Source: a virus
IMG/VR virus record: IMGVR_UViG_3300049734_000086
Coordinates: 1-64,000 of that record
Reading direction: 5' to 3' (one strand)
DNA length: 64,000 nucleotides
In this document: in pieces, positions 28,437 through 37,145 of the stretch
Layout of the letters: each line of letters opens with the position of its first letter
How positions within the stretch are numbered: position 1 is the stretch's first letter
Translations under genes and position numbers: made by a program
The notes under the pieces: generated by a model
What the model was told of the DNA's origin: nothing
The model's database searches: none
Seen by the model: the letters and a program-made list of their open reading frames with translations, nothing else

Positions 28437-29951
28437 TTAGTCCGGCGGCAGCCCGTATTCGGCTTTGTAGTCGTTGACGTGCTTCTTCTTGGACTCCTCC
28501 CAGGAGAGGTTCCCTGAGTAGTAGTCCCAGGCCGCGCGCTGGGAGTGGACCGAGATCATGCCAGGGTCGACGATGGGCGCTCCCGAGGCGTTGATGGCCA
28601 GTCCGAAGTCCACCGATTTCGATTCGTCGTAGGGAATCACGTCGTCTCCTCCTCCTCCACCGCCGCCCCCGTTGCCGCCCCCACCGCCACTGCCACTGGA
28701 TCCGGTCTTCCTGAGTTCCCTGAGCCGTTCCGCAATGGCCCCGGCGTTTTCCACGTCGAAGATGTTCTCCCACTGCCCCATGTCCGGGCGCGAGGCGTTG
28801 AGCCTGTTAGACCAGATCCCCGGGTCGGTGTGAAACGTGTAGCCCTTGAAGTGGGCGTCGATGGCCAGTTGGTACCGGCTCGCCAGCCAGCCGGGGTCGG
28901 TGCTGGAGACCACCGAGCTGTACGGGCCGATGGGTTCGGTCGACCACCGCTGCGCCGGGGCGTGGGGGCCGAGGTTCATGGGCCGGTGCAGGGAGAGGTC
29001 GCTGGAGTTGCGGCACCAATGCTCGGTGATCGCCGTGGCTGGGTGGCCAGAGTGCATCTTCTCGACTTCAGCGGCGATGACGGCCTCGTCGGGCCAGCCA
29101 CCCATGATGGAGTCCGGAGATGACAATGCGTACGGCACGCCAGGGAACTTTGGAATGATCTCCCAGCCGAGCATCCGCACGAAGTGCGAGGGCGAGAAGT
29201 TCGGGTGCGCGTTGACTTTGTACTCGTTCTGGGACTCGATCAGGACGAACATGTGAGCAATGTCCGCCAGCGAATCGCAGAAGCGGCGGCAGGAGTCCTT
29301 GATCTCCGACTCGGTCACCCATCCTGGATCCGCACCAGCAGTCACCACCTTGTGCTGCTTGAGGCCGTACTCCTCGAAACACATGCGGACGAAGTCGCGC
29401 ACGATCTGATCGTGGTTGGACCACGACATGAACACGCCTGCGTGCCGCCACGGATTGCTGGGATCGTCGGTGCCCACCGAGTTGAACGAGCGCACGTAGT
29501 CCGCGCCCAGGTCGTCGCGGATCCATTTGAGATTCGGACGGAGGCAGGGCCAGTTGTCCCGGAACGCGCGAGGGCCGTAGAAGAGGGAGCAGCCGAGCAG
29601 GGTACTGTGGACGGGGGCGGTCCCCAGGTGGTCCTTGGCGGTGACGGGGATGAAGTGCTGCCCGGTGATGTCCAGTTCCTCGGGGTGGAGATTCAGCGAG
29701 GCGTACGGCGCTCCCGCACTGACCACGCAGTCATAGCCGAGCAGACGCCCGCCGGTACTGATGGCGAAGGTGTCCGAGACCGGCGAGCCATTACTCGTGC
29801 TCTTGCACCCCCAGTTCTGCCCCGGATCGGAGAACCGGAACTGCTCCATGCACTGTCTCGTCCAGGGCTCGATCATCGGGCCGGAGGTCGGCAGCCCGAA
29901 GCGGTCGGCGAACTGCTGCAGCAAGGCACCGTGGGTGTTGGGATCGAACAT
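28437..29951 (-). CDS. putative glycoside-hydrolase-like (TIM barrel) protein
   Basis: LGADYVR and ESQNEY (clan GH-A-like NE motif); Gly-linked C-terminal domain. Confidence 0.45.
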   Translation of the reverse strand: MFDPNTHGALLQQFADRFGLPTSGPMIEPWTRQCMEQFRFSDPGQNWGCKSTSNGSPVSDTFAISTGGRLLGYDCVVSAGAPYASLNLHPEELDITGQHFIPVTAKDHLGTAPVHSTLLGCSLFYGPRAFRDNWPCLRPNLKWIRDDLGADYVRSFNSVGTDDPSNPWRHAGVFMSWSNHDQIVRDFVRMCFEEYGLKQHKVVTAGADPGWVTESEIKDSCRRFCDSLADIAHMFVLIESQNEYKVNAHPNFSPSHFVRMLGWEIIPKFPGVPYALSSPDSIMGGWPDEAVIAAEVEKMHSGHPATAITEHWCRNSSDLSLHRPMNLGPHAPAQRWSTEPIGPYSSVVSSTDPGWLASRYQLAIDAHFKGYTFHTDPGIWSNRLNASRPDMGQWENIFDVENAGAIAERLRELRKTGSSGSGGGGGNGGGGGGGGDDVIPYDESKSVDFGLAINASGAPIVDPGMISVHSQRAAWDYYSGNLSWEESKKKHVNDYKAEYGLPPD

Positions 29952-29964
29952 GGACGCTGGTCTC

Positions 29965-30570
29965 CTAGGCCGGGCGGGATTCTACACCATTGTTGACCTT
30001 GCCCTGGGCCCCGTTCGCCAGGACACGCTCGTAGGCCGCCTGGGCCACACTGCGGGTCTTGGCCCAGTTGAACTGCCCGAAGAAGCCGTCCGGGTCGATC
30101 TTGCGCCCCACCGGGCGGGCGATGGCCTTGTGTCCCACGACACGTTCCGGGGGGATCTTGTAGGCGGCCACGACCAGGGTCACGATCTCGTACAACGACG
30201 ACATCTGCACGTCGGTGAAGCCCGAATCGGGCGTGGCGACCAGCTCGATGCCCAGGGAGAAGGCGTTGACGTTCTTCCGGTTGTCTGGTGGGGGCATCTG
30301 GCTCACCCCGGCATGCCACGCCACCCGGTCGTCCTCGACACAGCGCACGATCTCCCCGTCCCGGCCGATGACGAAGTGGGCCGAGACCTTGGCGTCCTTG
30401 CGCGCGAACCACCGCAGGGTGGACTCGGTGGACAGTACCCCTGTGTAGTGGAGGACCAGGGTGTCGACAGGGAGCTTGCGGGCCGAGTGGTTCGGCGAGG
30501 GATGGTAGCGCCACGGCTTGGACTGGAAGATCGGCGGCGTGTGCGGGAAGTGCGGGACCAGTGGGGTCAT
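29965..30570 (-). CDS. endolysin, N-acetylmuramoyl-L-alanine amidase (Amidase_2)
   Basis: VLHYT, SAHF, AWHAG, SLGIE, GH..IA..RK.DP motifs. Confidence 0.92.
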   Translation of the reverse strand: MTPLVPHFPHTPPIFQSKPWRYHPSPNHSARKLPVDTLVLHYTGVLSTESTLRWFARKDAKVSAHFVIGRDGEIVRCVEDDRVAWHAGVSQMPPPDNRKNVNAFSLGIELVATPDSGFTDVQMSSLYEIVTLVVAAYKIPPERVVGHKAIARPVGRKIDPDGFFGQFNWAKTRSVAQAAYERVLANGAQGKVNNGVESRPA

Positions 30571-31004
30571 GAACGGGGCTCTGCTGGGGACTCGACGGGT
30601 GGGACGTAGGTCTTGAGCCGCTGTCTGGCCACGTGGACCAGATACCCCTTCAGCAGCCAACCGGCCGAGATGAAGTTGGCGAGCAGGATACCGGGCACGA
30701 ACACCGCCGTGCGCTCGCGCACCGAGCCCACCGCCGCCAGACTGAGACAGAGCAGGACCTGGGTGATCACGACCATGACCGCCCCGATGAAGCGGTCGGT
30801 CGAGATCAGCAGGCGGACCCCGTTCTCGCCCGAGCGCAGAGCGCCCCGGAAGTCCCAGATCCAGCAGTCGTACACCGACTTGCAGGCCACGACCACCCCG
30901 ACGAGGCGGAGGACCAGCGAGGCGATCTCCAGGACCGAGAGGCCCTGCGGCGGCCCGGGGGTGATGAACCAGAGCCAGACCCAGTAGAGCAACGTATCGG
31001 TCAT
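30567..31004 (-). CDS. multi-pass membrane protein
   Basis: 3-4 hydrophobic segments; ATGA-coupled. Confidence 0.65.
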   Translation of the reverse strand: MTDTLLYWVWLWFITPGPPQGLSVLEIASLVLRLVGVVVACKSVYDCWIWDFRGALRSGENGVRLLISTDRFIGAVMVVITQVLLCLSLAAVGSVRERTAVFVPGILLANFISAGWLLKGYLVHVARQRLKTYVPPVESPAEPRS

Positions 31005-31291
31005 CGCGGCGGGGTCCCCAGGTGCTTGAGACTGTCGCGCATGTCGCGGATCTCCTTGTCCACGAGCCTCAGTTCGTGCCGGGTGTTCGCCTGCTGCGAT
31101 TCGAGGACGGCGTAGAGCTGGTGGCTCTCGGCCATGTCCTTGGCGTACTGCGGCGGGTAGCGGATGATCCGGTAGAGACGCATCATGACGGTCACCAAGG
31201 TCGACCAACGGGTTCTCGGGCGGCTTCTCCGCTCGGGGTGAGCGGGCCGCTCGGGCTGGGCTCTGGCGGCGGCGGGATTACGGTTGGGCAC
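31001..31291 (-). CDS. hypothetical protein (coiled coil)
   Basis: Coupled to both neighbours. Confidence 0.55.
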   Translation of the reverse strand: MPNRNPAAARAQPERPAHPERRSRPRTRWSTLVTVMMRLYRIIRYPPQYAKDMAESHQLYAVLESQQANTRHELRLVDKEIRDMRDSLKHLGTPPR

Positions 31292-31580
31292 TGCGTCCCC
31301 CTTCGACGATCACGGGCAAGGCTTGGGCTACCGTGGTCAGACCCTGCTTGCCGACGGTGACGCCTTCTTTGGCGACCACGGCATTCCGCATGGCCATCTC
31401 GCGCCAGCGGTCTCGATCCTCCTTCATGTCCAGGAACACCCACCGGGGGATGAAGATGGGGGCCTTGGCCACGAACGAGAAATAGATGATCGAGCCGAGG
31501 AGCAGGACCACGGCGTAGGGGCTGGTCAGGAGTTCGCCCCACGTCCGGGGGTCGGGCGCAGCTTGAGCCACGAGCCACAT
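31278..31580 (-). CDS. single-pass membrane protein (holin/spanin accessory?)
   Basis: TM segment then PRW..DRDRWREMA. Confidence 0.6.
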   Translation of the reverse strand: MWLVAQAAPDPRTWGELLTSPYAVVLLLGSIIYFSFVAKAPIFIPRWVFLDMKEDRDRWREMAMRNAVVAKEGVTVGKQGLTTVAQALPVIVEGGRSAQP

Positions 31581-31642
31581 GGTGGTGTACCGGGGGAGGG
31601 ATGCGGAGGTCAGTATGCCTGCGGTGGGGGACCAACGCAACC

Positions 31643-32044
31643 TCACAACCGCAGCCGCCGCATGATGATCTGTTTGACCTCCCGGACCCACGATTGTGGG
31701 ATGCCGAGGAACCGGCGCACGGGGAGATTGCCGTGGCCCTGTTCGTGCTTCTCGGCGATGTCGGCCGAGCGGGCCGTGGCCATCCCCAGGCCGACCCGGT
31801 TCTCGGTCAGCATGCCGATGCCGTAGTCCTCGTCGAGCATCTGCCCGGTGTCGTGCAGGTCGACAGGGCCAGGGCGGCCAGACTGGTATGGGGCGAAGGC
31901 CCGGCCGTCTTCGTCGCGGCCCGATTTGGTCCGCCGGACAGTGCGCTCGACCAAGTGCATGCCGACCTCGCGCATGGTGTCGCGGCCCGGGGTGAGCTTG
32001 ATGTCCTTGAAGGCGAAATTGCGGCGGATCTTGATACGGGCCAT
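31643..32044 (-). CDS. virion morphogenesis (neck/tail completion, gpS/gpG-like) protein
   Basis: DEDGRAFAPY, LHDTGQM, HEQG..LPVRRFLGI. Confidence 0.8.
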   Translation of the reverse strand: MARIKIRRNFAFKDIKLTPGRDTMREVGMHLVERTVRRTKSGRDEDGRAFAPYQSGRPGPVDLHDTGQMLDEDYGIGMLTENRVGLGMATARSADIAEKHEQGHGNLPVRRFLGIPQSWVREVKQIIMRRLRL

Positions 32045-32055
32045 GGGGGTCAGTC

Positions 32056-32343
32056 TCAGATCTCCGCCTGCGAGGCCTGCCCCACCGCCCAGTTCACCGG
32101 CCCGGCGGTCAGGAGAATGGGTTGCATGGGCTGGTTGAAGGTCAGGATGGTCAGATACAGGTCCTCCCCGGCCGCGATCAGGGCGCGTTCCTCGTCGCTG
32201 GGCTGCCAGCGGGTGATGACGCGGCCGTCGGGGGTGCAGACCGAGGGCAGGGGGCGGTACTCGGGCTGGTCCTTGGCGATGATGACGGCCTGCGAGCCCT
32301 TGGGGACCCAGGCCGGGTTGACGCGGGGATCGACGATGTCCAT
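32056..32343 (-). CDS. hypothetical phage protein
   Basis: AKDQPEYRPLP..RW.PS.EER; AAGGAG RBS. Confidence 0.7.
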   Translation of the reverse strand: MDIVDPRVNPAWVPKGSQAVIIAKDQPEYRPLPSVCTPDGRVITRWQPSDEERALIAAGEDLYLTILTFNQPMQPILLTAGPVNWAVGQASQAEI

Positions 32344-32348
32344 GACGG

Positions 32349-32459
32349 TTACGGGCTCCTTTTCCACCACCAGACGTAGGCCAGACGGACGAGGAGGAGG
32401 GCGAGGACCAGGACGATGGCCCGGTCCAGGGCGGTGATGGGCTCGACGAAGCCGGTCAT
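32349..32459 (-). CDS. small membrane peptide (36 aa), not in ORF track
   Basis: MTGFVEPITALDRAIVLVLALLLVRLAYVWWWKRSP; ATGA-coupled. Confidence 0.55.
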   Translation of the reverse strand: MTGFVEPITALDRAIVLVLALLLVRLAYVWWWKRSP

Positions 32460-32665
32460 ATCCGCACGACCCCCTTGTGCTCCCCGCAGTAGTCGTACTT
32501 GCCGGTGACTGGGTGCCGGGTCTCGACTTCCGTACTCACGCTCCCCTGACTGATGCCGTGGTCGAAGTCCGTGGTGACAATAGCCACCAGTACGGGCGGG
32601 AAGCGGTGACAGTGGCCCAGTTCCCCGTCACCCGAGACCCAGTACTGACAGGTGTGGCAGTGCAT
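32456..32665 (-). CDS. small Cys-rich protein
   Basis: CHTC..CHRFPP..CGEH. Confidence 0.65.
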   Translation of the reverse strand: MHCHTCQYWVSGDGELGHCHRFPPVLVAIVTTDFDHGISQGSVSTEVETRHPVTGKYDYCGEHKGVVRI

Positions 32666-32667
32666 CG

Positions 32668-34548
32668 CTACTTCCGCTTGGCGGTCTTCGGTTTCCGGCT
32701 CGGAGCCTGACGCACCCGGACCCTGGCCAGCCGCTCCTGGTGGTCTCTGTCCTCCTGGGCCCTCACGTCCTCACGCTCGGCCTTGATGGTCTCCTTCTCG
32801 TCCTCCCGGTCTTCCTGCTCCCGAGGGTTGCGACCGGCGATCAGGTCCTGCCGCTCCTTGTCCTGGGCCTGCTGGGCCAGTGTCGACTCCGCCTCCAGTT
32901 CCTTCTCGATGGTGTCGCGGGTCGTCTGGTCGAGATCCGGCAAGGCCAGTTGCAGTACCCCCGCCTTGAGGAGTTTGGCGGCGGTCGGGCCCACACCCAG
33001 TTCCAGTACCAGCTTGGTCTCCTCCGCCTTGGCCAGGAGCTGCTCGACGTGGAACTCGTCGGGGTGCGCGATCCGAATCCCGGCCGCCTTGTACGCCGCC
33101 AGTCCACGCTCGGGGCCCAGGGTGCCCTGGAAGTACATCCGGGCGGCGAAGTAGTCGATCTCCTCGGCGTTGTCGGCCAGGGAGGCCAGACTCGAATTGA
33201 GGTCGGCCGCCTTGAGCTGCCGCGACCCCTCCGCCTCGGCCTCCTTGGAATCACTCTCCCAGGGCAGGGACGTGAGCCTGAACGCCTTGCGCTCGACCCT
33301 GGCCAGTTCCTCGGTGTAGCGGGCAGCCGGGCCGTCCCCGGGAGCCACGTAGATGGCCTGCCCGCCCTTGGTGAACACCACCGAGTCGGTCCCGACGTGC
33401 TCGCCCATGCGGTTGCGGGCATCCTGCACGGTCTCGTCGTCCTGGAGCGGGATGTTGAGAATGTTGAAGGTCTGGGCACGGAAGATCTCACGCAGCTCGG
33501 AGATCAGGTTGAAGTGGTCCTTGAACAGCCGCCCATCGCCCAGCAGGCCCCGGCCGATGATCGGGATCCGCGCCCTCCGCTTGCAGTACCACAGGCGGAC
33601 GGGGAGTTCCCCGAAGCCGTGCGGGCGGACCTGGACCTGCGCCCCGAAGGTGTCGAACTGGGTGGCGTACTGGCCATTCCAGGTGAAGTACCACCGCTCG
33701 GCGGGGAGGGGCTGATCGAGGAGTGAGGCCCGCTCGACAGGCTCCTCGACCTTGATGGCCGCCAGTTGGTTGCGCGGGGCCAGCCAGTCGGGGATGTCCA
33801 GGGGCGAGTAGCAGCGCAGGACCGGGCGGCCCAGTTGGGCCAGCGTGGTCAGACCCGTCTTGCCCCCGTTGGGGGTGATGTTGGTGCGGAGGGTGTTGGG
33901 GGGCTGGCGGTCGACCACGATGGCTTGGTGGCCGTAGACGTTGGTCAGGGTCTGCCACCGCTTGAGCCAGTCGTCCATGTGGGTGCCGTAGCCGTCCACG
34001 TCCTCCAGCCACTCCAGGTACGGGGAGCGGTCGAGGAGGGCAGGCTGGTTGGTCACTTCCCGCTTGGGCAGCTTGGCGTACTGGTAGTCGACGAACAGGT
34101 CGGTGATGGTGGCGGCGAAGTTCTCGTAGCGCGCAATCTGCTGGCGCTGGAGGTACTTCCGTTTCCGGCTCACGACCACCGTGTAGTCGGTCGACCCGTC
34201 GGTGTTCTGCTTGAAGTTCAGCTCACGGGGGTGCGGGACCAGGGCCTCACCCGACAGGTAGGGCCCATCCCCTTCGTAGACGTGTCCCAGCTCGGTCCAC
34301 ACCGAGGCCCACTCGATGTAGCGCGGATGCTTGATCGAGACGATGCCGGAGAGGGCGGACTGGGGGAGGCCACGGGCCCGGGCCGCTGCCAGGGCGGTCG
34401 ACTGGGTGATCGGGGTCCCAATGGGGATGGAGCGGCCGGTGGAGCCCAACGACTGTCCCGTGTCGCTGACGATGTTGAGACCCACGCCGACCCCGTAGGA
34501 GGTGCGGGGGGCGGCGGCGATGGGGCGGACTTTCGGGGTCTTGGCCAT
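32668..34548 (-). CDS. portal protein
   Basis: 626 aa; HPRY, YLQRQQIARYENF, DVDGYG, HGFGELPV; downstream of terL. Confidence 0.88.
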   Translation of the reverse strand: MAKTPKVRPIAAAPRTSYGVGVGLNIVSDTGQSLGSTGRSIPIGTPITQSTALAAARARGLPQSALSGIVSIKHPRYIEWASVWTELGHVYEGDGPYLSGEALVPHPRELNFKQNTDGSTDYTVVVSRKRKYLQRQQIARYENFAATITDLFVDYQYAKLPKREVTNQPALLDRSPYLEWLEDVDGYGTHMDDWLKRWQTLTNVYGHQAIVVDRQPPNTLRTNITPNGGKTGLTTLAQLGRPVLRCYSPLDIPDWLAPRNQLAAIKVEEPVERASLLDQPLPAERWYFTWNGQYATQFDTFGAQVQVRPHGFGELPVRLWYCKRRARIPIIGRGLLGDGRLFKDHFNLISELREIFRAQTFNILNIPLQDDETVQDARNRMGEHVGTDSVVFTKGGQAIYVAPGDGPAARYTEELARVERKAFRLTSLPWESDSKEAEAEGSRQLKAADLNSSLASLADNAEEIDYFAARMYFQGTLGPERGLAAYKAAGIRIAHPDEFHVEQLLAKAEETKLVLELGVGPTAAKLLKAGVLQLALPDLDQTTRDTIEKELEAESTLAQQAQDKERQDLIAGRNPREQEDREDEKETIKAEREDVRAQEDRDHQERLARVRVRQAPSRKPKTAKRK

Positions 34549-34569
34549 AGGCTCGGGCTCGAGTACTGA

Positions 34570-34872
34570 CTAGGGAGACACGGGATGTCCGTTGCCATTT
34601 GCGCCGGTACTGGTCCCGGAGGCCTGGGCCTTGGGCAGGTTCCCCGGGGTGTTCCCCAGCAGTCTGACCATGATGGCTCGCGGGCCCTTCTCGTGCAGGA
34701 CCGGCGTGAAGTCGACCAGCAGGCCCGGGACCAGGACCCGGGTCAGGTCGAACAGCTCCAGGCGGTGATCGTTGATGATGTCGTCGCGGTAGAAGAAGCG
34801 CGCGACCTCGGGCTCACGATCACTGACCACGAAGGCGTAGGCGTATTGGACGGATTTGATGCGGCCGGTCAT
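34570..34872 (-). CDS. cold-shock-domain (OB fold) protein
   Basis: MTGRIK..YAFV..FF..VDF..KGPRA. Confidence 0.7.
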   Translation of the reverse strand: MTGRIKSVQYAYAFVVSDREPEVARFFYRDDIINDHRLELFDLTRVLVPGLLVDFTPVLHEKGPRAIMVRLLGNTPGNLPKAQASGTSTGANGNGHPVSP

Positions 34873-34878
34873 GGGGTC

Positions 34879-35154
34879 TTAGTCCTCGTCTGAGTCATCG
34901 TGGGCAGCGGGGGTGTCCGTGTCGGAGTCGTCGAGGTCGTCTTCGTCGTTGTCACCGGCGATGGTGAAGCCGCCGGGATCGCCGACCCGAATCAGCCGGT
35001 CGTGGCGTTCGAGCAGGGCCTCGAAGGCGTCGGTCATGCCGTCGAGGACATCGGGATCGTCGCCGCTGTCGCCGTACAGATCGACTTCTAGATCCTCGTC
35101 GAACTCCTCATCGCGGCTCGGGCAGGCGCGACGAGTGCTGGGGCGCTGTGCCAT
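34879..35154 (-). CDS. highly acidic small protein
   Basis: Very Asp/Glu-rich; AGGAG RBS. Confidence 0.65.
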   Translation of the reverse strand: MAQRPSTRRACPSRDEEFDEDLEVDLYGDSGDDPDVLDGMTDAFEALLERHDRLIRVGDPGGFTIAGDNDEDDLDDSDTDTPAAHDDSDED

Positions 35155-35301
35155 GGTCCGGGTCTCCTGGGGCGTAAGGGAGAAAGCCCGGACACGATAG
35201 CACAGGTAGTGGCGATGGTCGGGGTGGGGCCCTATTGGTTGGGGATTCTAGGGGATTCTGTCCTTGGTGACCTTGTCCTGCTCATAGGGTCGGCTCCTAT
35301 G

Positions 35302-35415
35302 CTAGCGGCCAGCAATGCCGTGAGTCTTGCGCCAAATAGACCAACAGACCTTGCAGTCCTTAGGCGGTCGCTTAGCTTGGTAACTGGGATGCTTTGAGCA
35401 CTTCTTCGTAATCAT
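35302..35415 (-). CDS. small zinc-finger-like protein (37 aa)
   Basis: MITKKCSKHPSYQAKRPPKDCKVCW; AGGAG RBS. Confidence 0.6.
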   Translation of the reverse strand: MITKKCSKHPSYQAKRPPKDCKVCWSIWRKTHGIAGR

Positions 35416-35446
35416 GGGGTCGGCTCCTGTGCGGAGGAAAGGGCGG

Positions 35447-35836
35447 CTACTCCTTCGCATTGCGTGTGATCCACCAGTCGAGGAAATACGCCCCCGGTGG
35501 GTCGTGAACCGGCTCGCGCGGCAGGTTCTTACCATCGCCGCAGTTGTGGTCGTAGCGCCAACCGAACCAGACGCGCAAGTATCGACCCTCCTCCCGCCGC
35601 AGACGTACCTGAAAGAGCGGCGGCCACTGCACGCCCGCGTAGCCGTCTTCACCGAGAGGCACGCGGACCAGCCACTTCGCTTGGTAGAGGGAGTACACCA
35701 TGCTCGCCCGCTGAATGCCCCCAAGCAGCAGCCCGAGCGGCCCGCCCAAGCGCCAATCGGTCCCCATGTTGACGTACCGGAAGGCCAGCGGCTCGTCGCC
35801 CGTGGCCTGCGGCAGATAGCGGCGCAAATCAATCAT
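35447..35836 (-). CDS. hypothetical protein
   Basis: Coupled ORF, Trp-rich. Confidence 0.55.
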   Translation of the reverse strand: MIDLRRYLPQATGDEPLAFRYVNMGTDWRLGGPLGLLLGGIQRASMVYSLYQAKWLVRVPLGEDGYAGVQWPPLFQVRLRREEGRYLRVWFGWRYDHNCGDGKNLPREPVHDPPGAYFLDWWITRNAKE

Positions 35837-36110
35837 CGGCCGTAACTGACTCCGCCAGTCTGGCCAGCGTGTTCAGGGCGTCCCGCAACTGGCTCTCGAC
35901 GTTGGCCAGCCGCTTGTCGAACGCCGACAGGAGCCGGGTCTGCGCCTCCCCATCGGCCCGTACCCGTACCAGGTCGACCCGGATGCTGTCGACCGTGTTG
36001 GTCAGTCTGGCCAAGCGGTTCGTCGCGGCCCTGGTGTTGCGGAGCGTGGTGTCCTGGGGGTTGCGCTTCTTCTTCGGGGTCCGTGTCGGCGGCGTCATAG
36101 TCTCAGTCAC
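35829..36110 (-). CDS. coiled-coil hypothetical protein
   Basis: GGAGG RBS; heptad pattern. Confidence 0.65.
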   Translation of the reverse strand: MTETMTPPTRTPKKKRNPQDTTLRNTRAATNRLARLTNTVDSIRVDLVRVRADGEAQTRLLSAFDKRLANVESQLRDALNTLARLAESVTADD

Positions 36111-36669
36111 AGTAGCCTCCTTCGTTCCGCACCTTCAGCCGGATCATCTTCTTCTCCCACACTAGATTCCGCTCCTCGGTCCAGTCCAACCGACCGGGCC
36201 GGTTCCCGACCACGTTGAAGCGGGCATCCTCGCCACGCGCCCGACGGTTCCACTGCACCGCCATGCGCTTGAGCCGATTGCGCTCGGTCTTACTGAGCCC
36301 GAACCCGCCTTCGTGCTCGCTGAACGTGGCCTCGTCCAAGGCGCGTTCGACCTTGCGGGCAAAGATAGCAGCGGCCTGCAGGTCCCTGGGGCGGCACTTG
36401 GGGGCGCTCCCCGTGATGTGGCGGTACCCGGAGCGGAACTTCCCACCATGGGCTTCCAGCTCCACCTTGTCACTGGCGCGAGCCGGGTCAGGGTACCGTT
36501 CCTTGCGGTGCGGGTTGGCCTTCTTGACATGCGCCCGCATCTGGTCCGCTGTCTTGGTGGTCAGTTTGGGGAAGCAGACCGGGCACCACCGCTTCGAGTA
36601 CAAGGGGTCGGTGGGCAGCCTGAGCCAGTACGGCCCGCCACAGTTCTGGCAGGTGCGCTGCTCGATCAC
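36103..36669 (-). CDS. zinc-ribbon hypothetical protein
   Basis: GTG start behind AAGGAG; CQNC..CPVC. Confidence 0.6.
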   Translation of the reverse strand: MIEQRTCQNCGGPYWLRLPTDPLYSKRWCPVCFPKLTTKTADQMRAHVKKANPHRKERYPDPARASDKVELEAHGGKFRSGYRHITGSAPKCRPRDLQAAAIFARKVERALDEATFSEHEGGFGLSKTERNRLKRMAVQWNRRARGEDARFNVVGNRPGRLDWTEERNLVWEKKMIRLKVRNEGGYCD

Positions 36670-36950
36670 AGGTCGTACTCCTTCGCCGCCCGCTCCCGCA
36701 CCGCCTTGTTGCTGGTGCGCCGGGTGCGATCCGTGATGCAGGCCACGCAGGCCCCATTGGAGAAGTACCGTCGTGTCCCCCCGCACCGCTTGCACGGACG
36801 GCCCTCGAACTGGGTGATGTTGTCCTGGCAGGGCGGGGGCTTGGGTGCAGGGCCCGTGACCACCGAGGCCAGCGCCTCCTGCATCTCCCGGTGGAACTCG
36901 TCATCGCCCATCACCTCGCGGACGGGCGGCGGCATGGGAGGCTTCAACAT
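36666..36950 (-). CDS. zinc-finger hypothetical protein
   Basis: GRPCKRCG.T.RY.SNGACVAC. Confidence 0.65.
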   Translation of the reverse strand: MLKPPMPPPVREVMGDDEFHREMQEALASVVTGPAPKPPPCQDNITQFEGRPCKRCGGTRRYFSNGACVACITDRTRRTSNKAVRERAAKEYDL

Positions 36951-36958
36951 AGAACGAT

Positions 36959-36987
36959 AGATTAGAGATTCGGGGGGTATTAGGCAA
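36959..36987 (-). promoter_or_regulatory. sigma70-like promoter, probably leaderless transcript
   Basis: TTGCCT-17-TAATCT, 8 nt before the ATG at 36950. Confidence 0.55.
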
Positions 36988-37145
36988 GGGGAAACAAACG
37001 GCCGTCGGGTCGAGGGTATTTAGCACTCTGGGCACTACAGGTTACTGGGCACTCCAGGAGACTTAGCACCGAAGGCACAATTTCCAGGGCTTGTTAGTAC
37101 TACTAAACTAAGAGAGCGGACGGATTCCGTGGTCCGCACCCAGGC

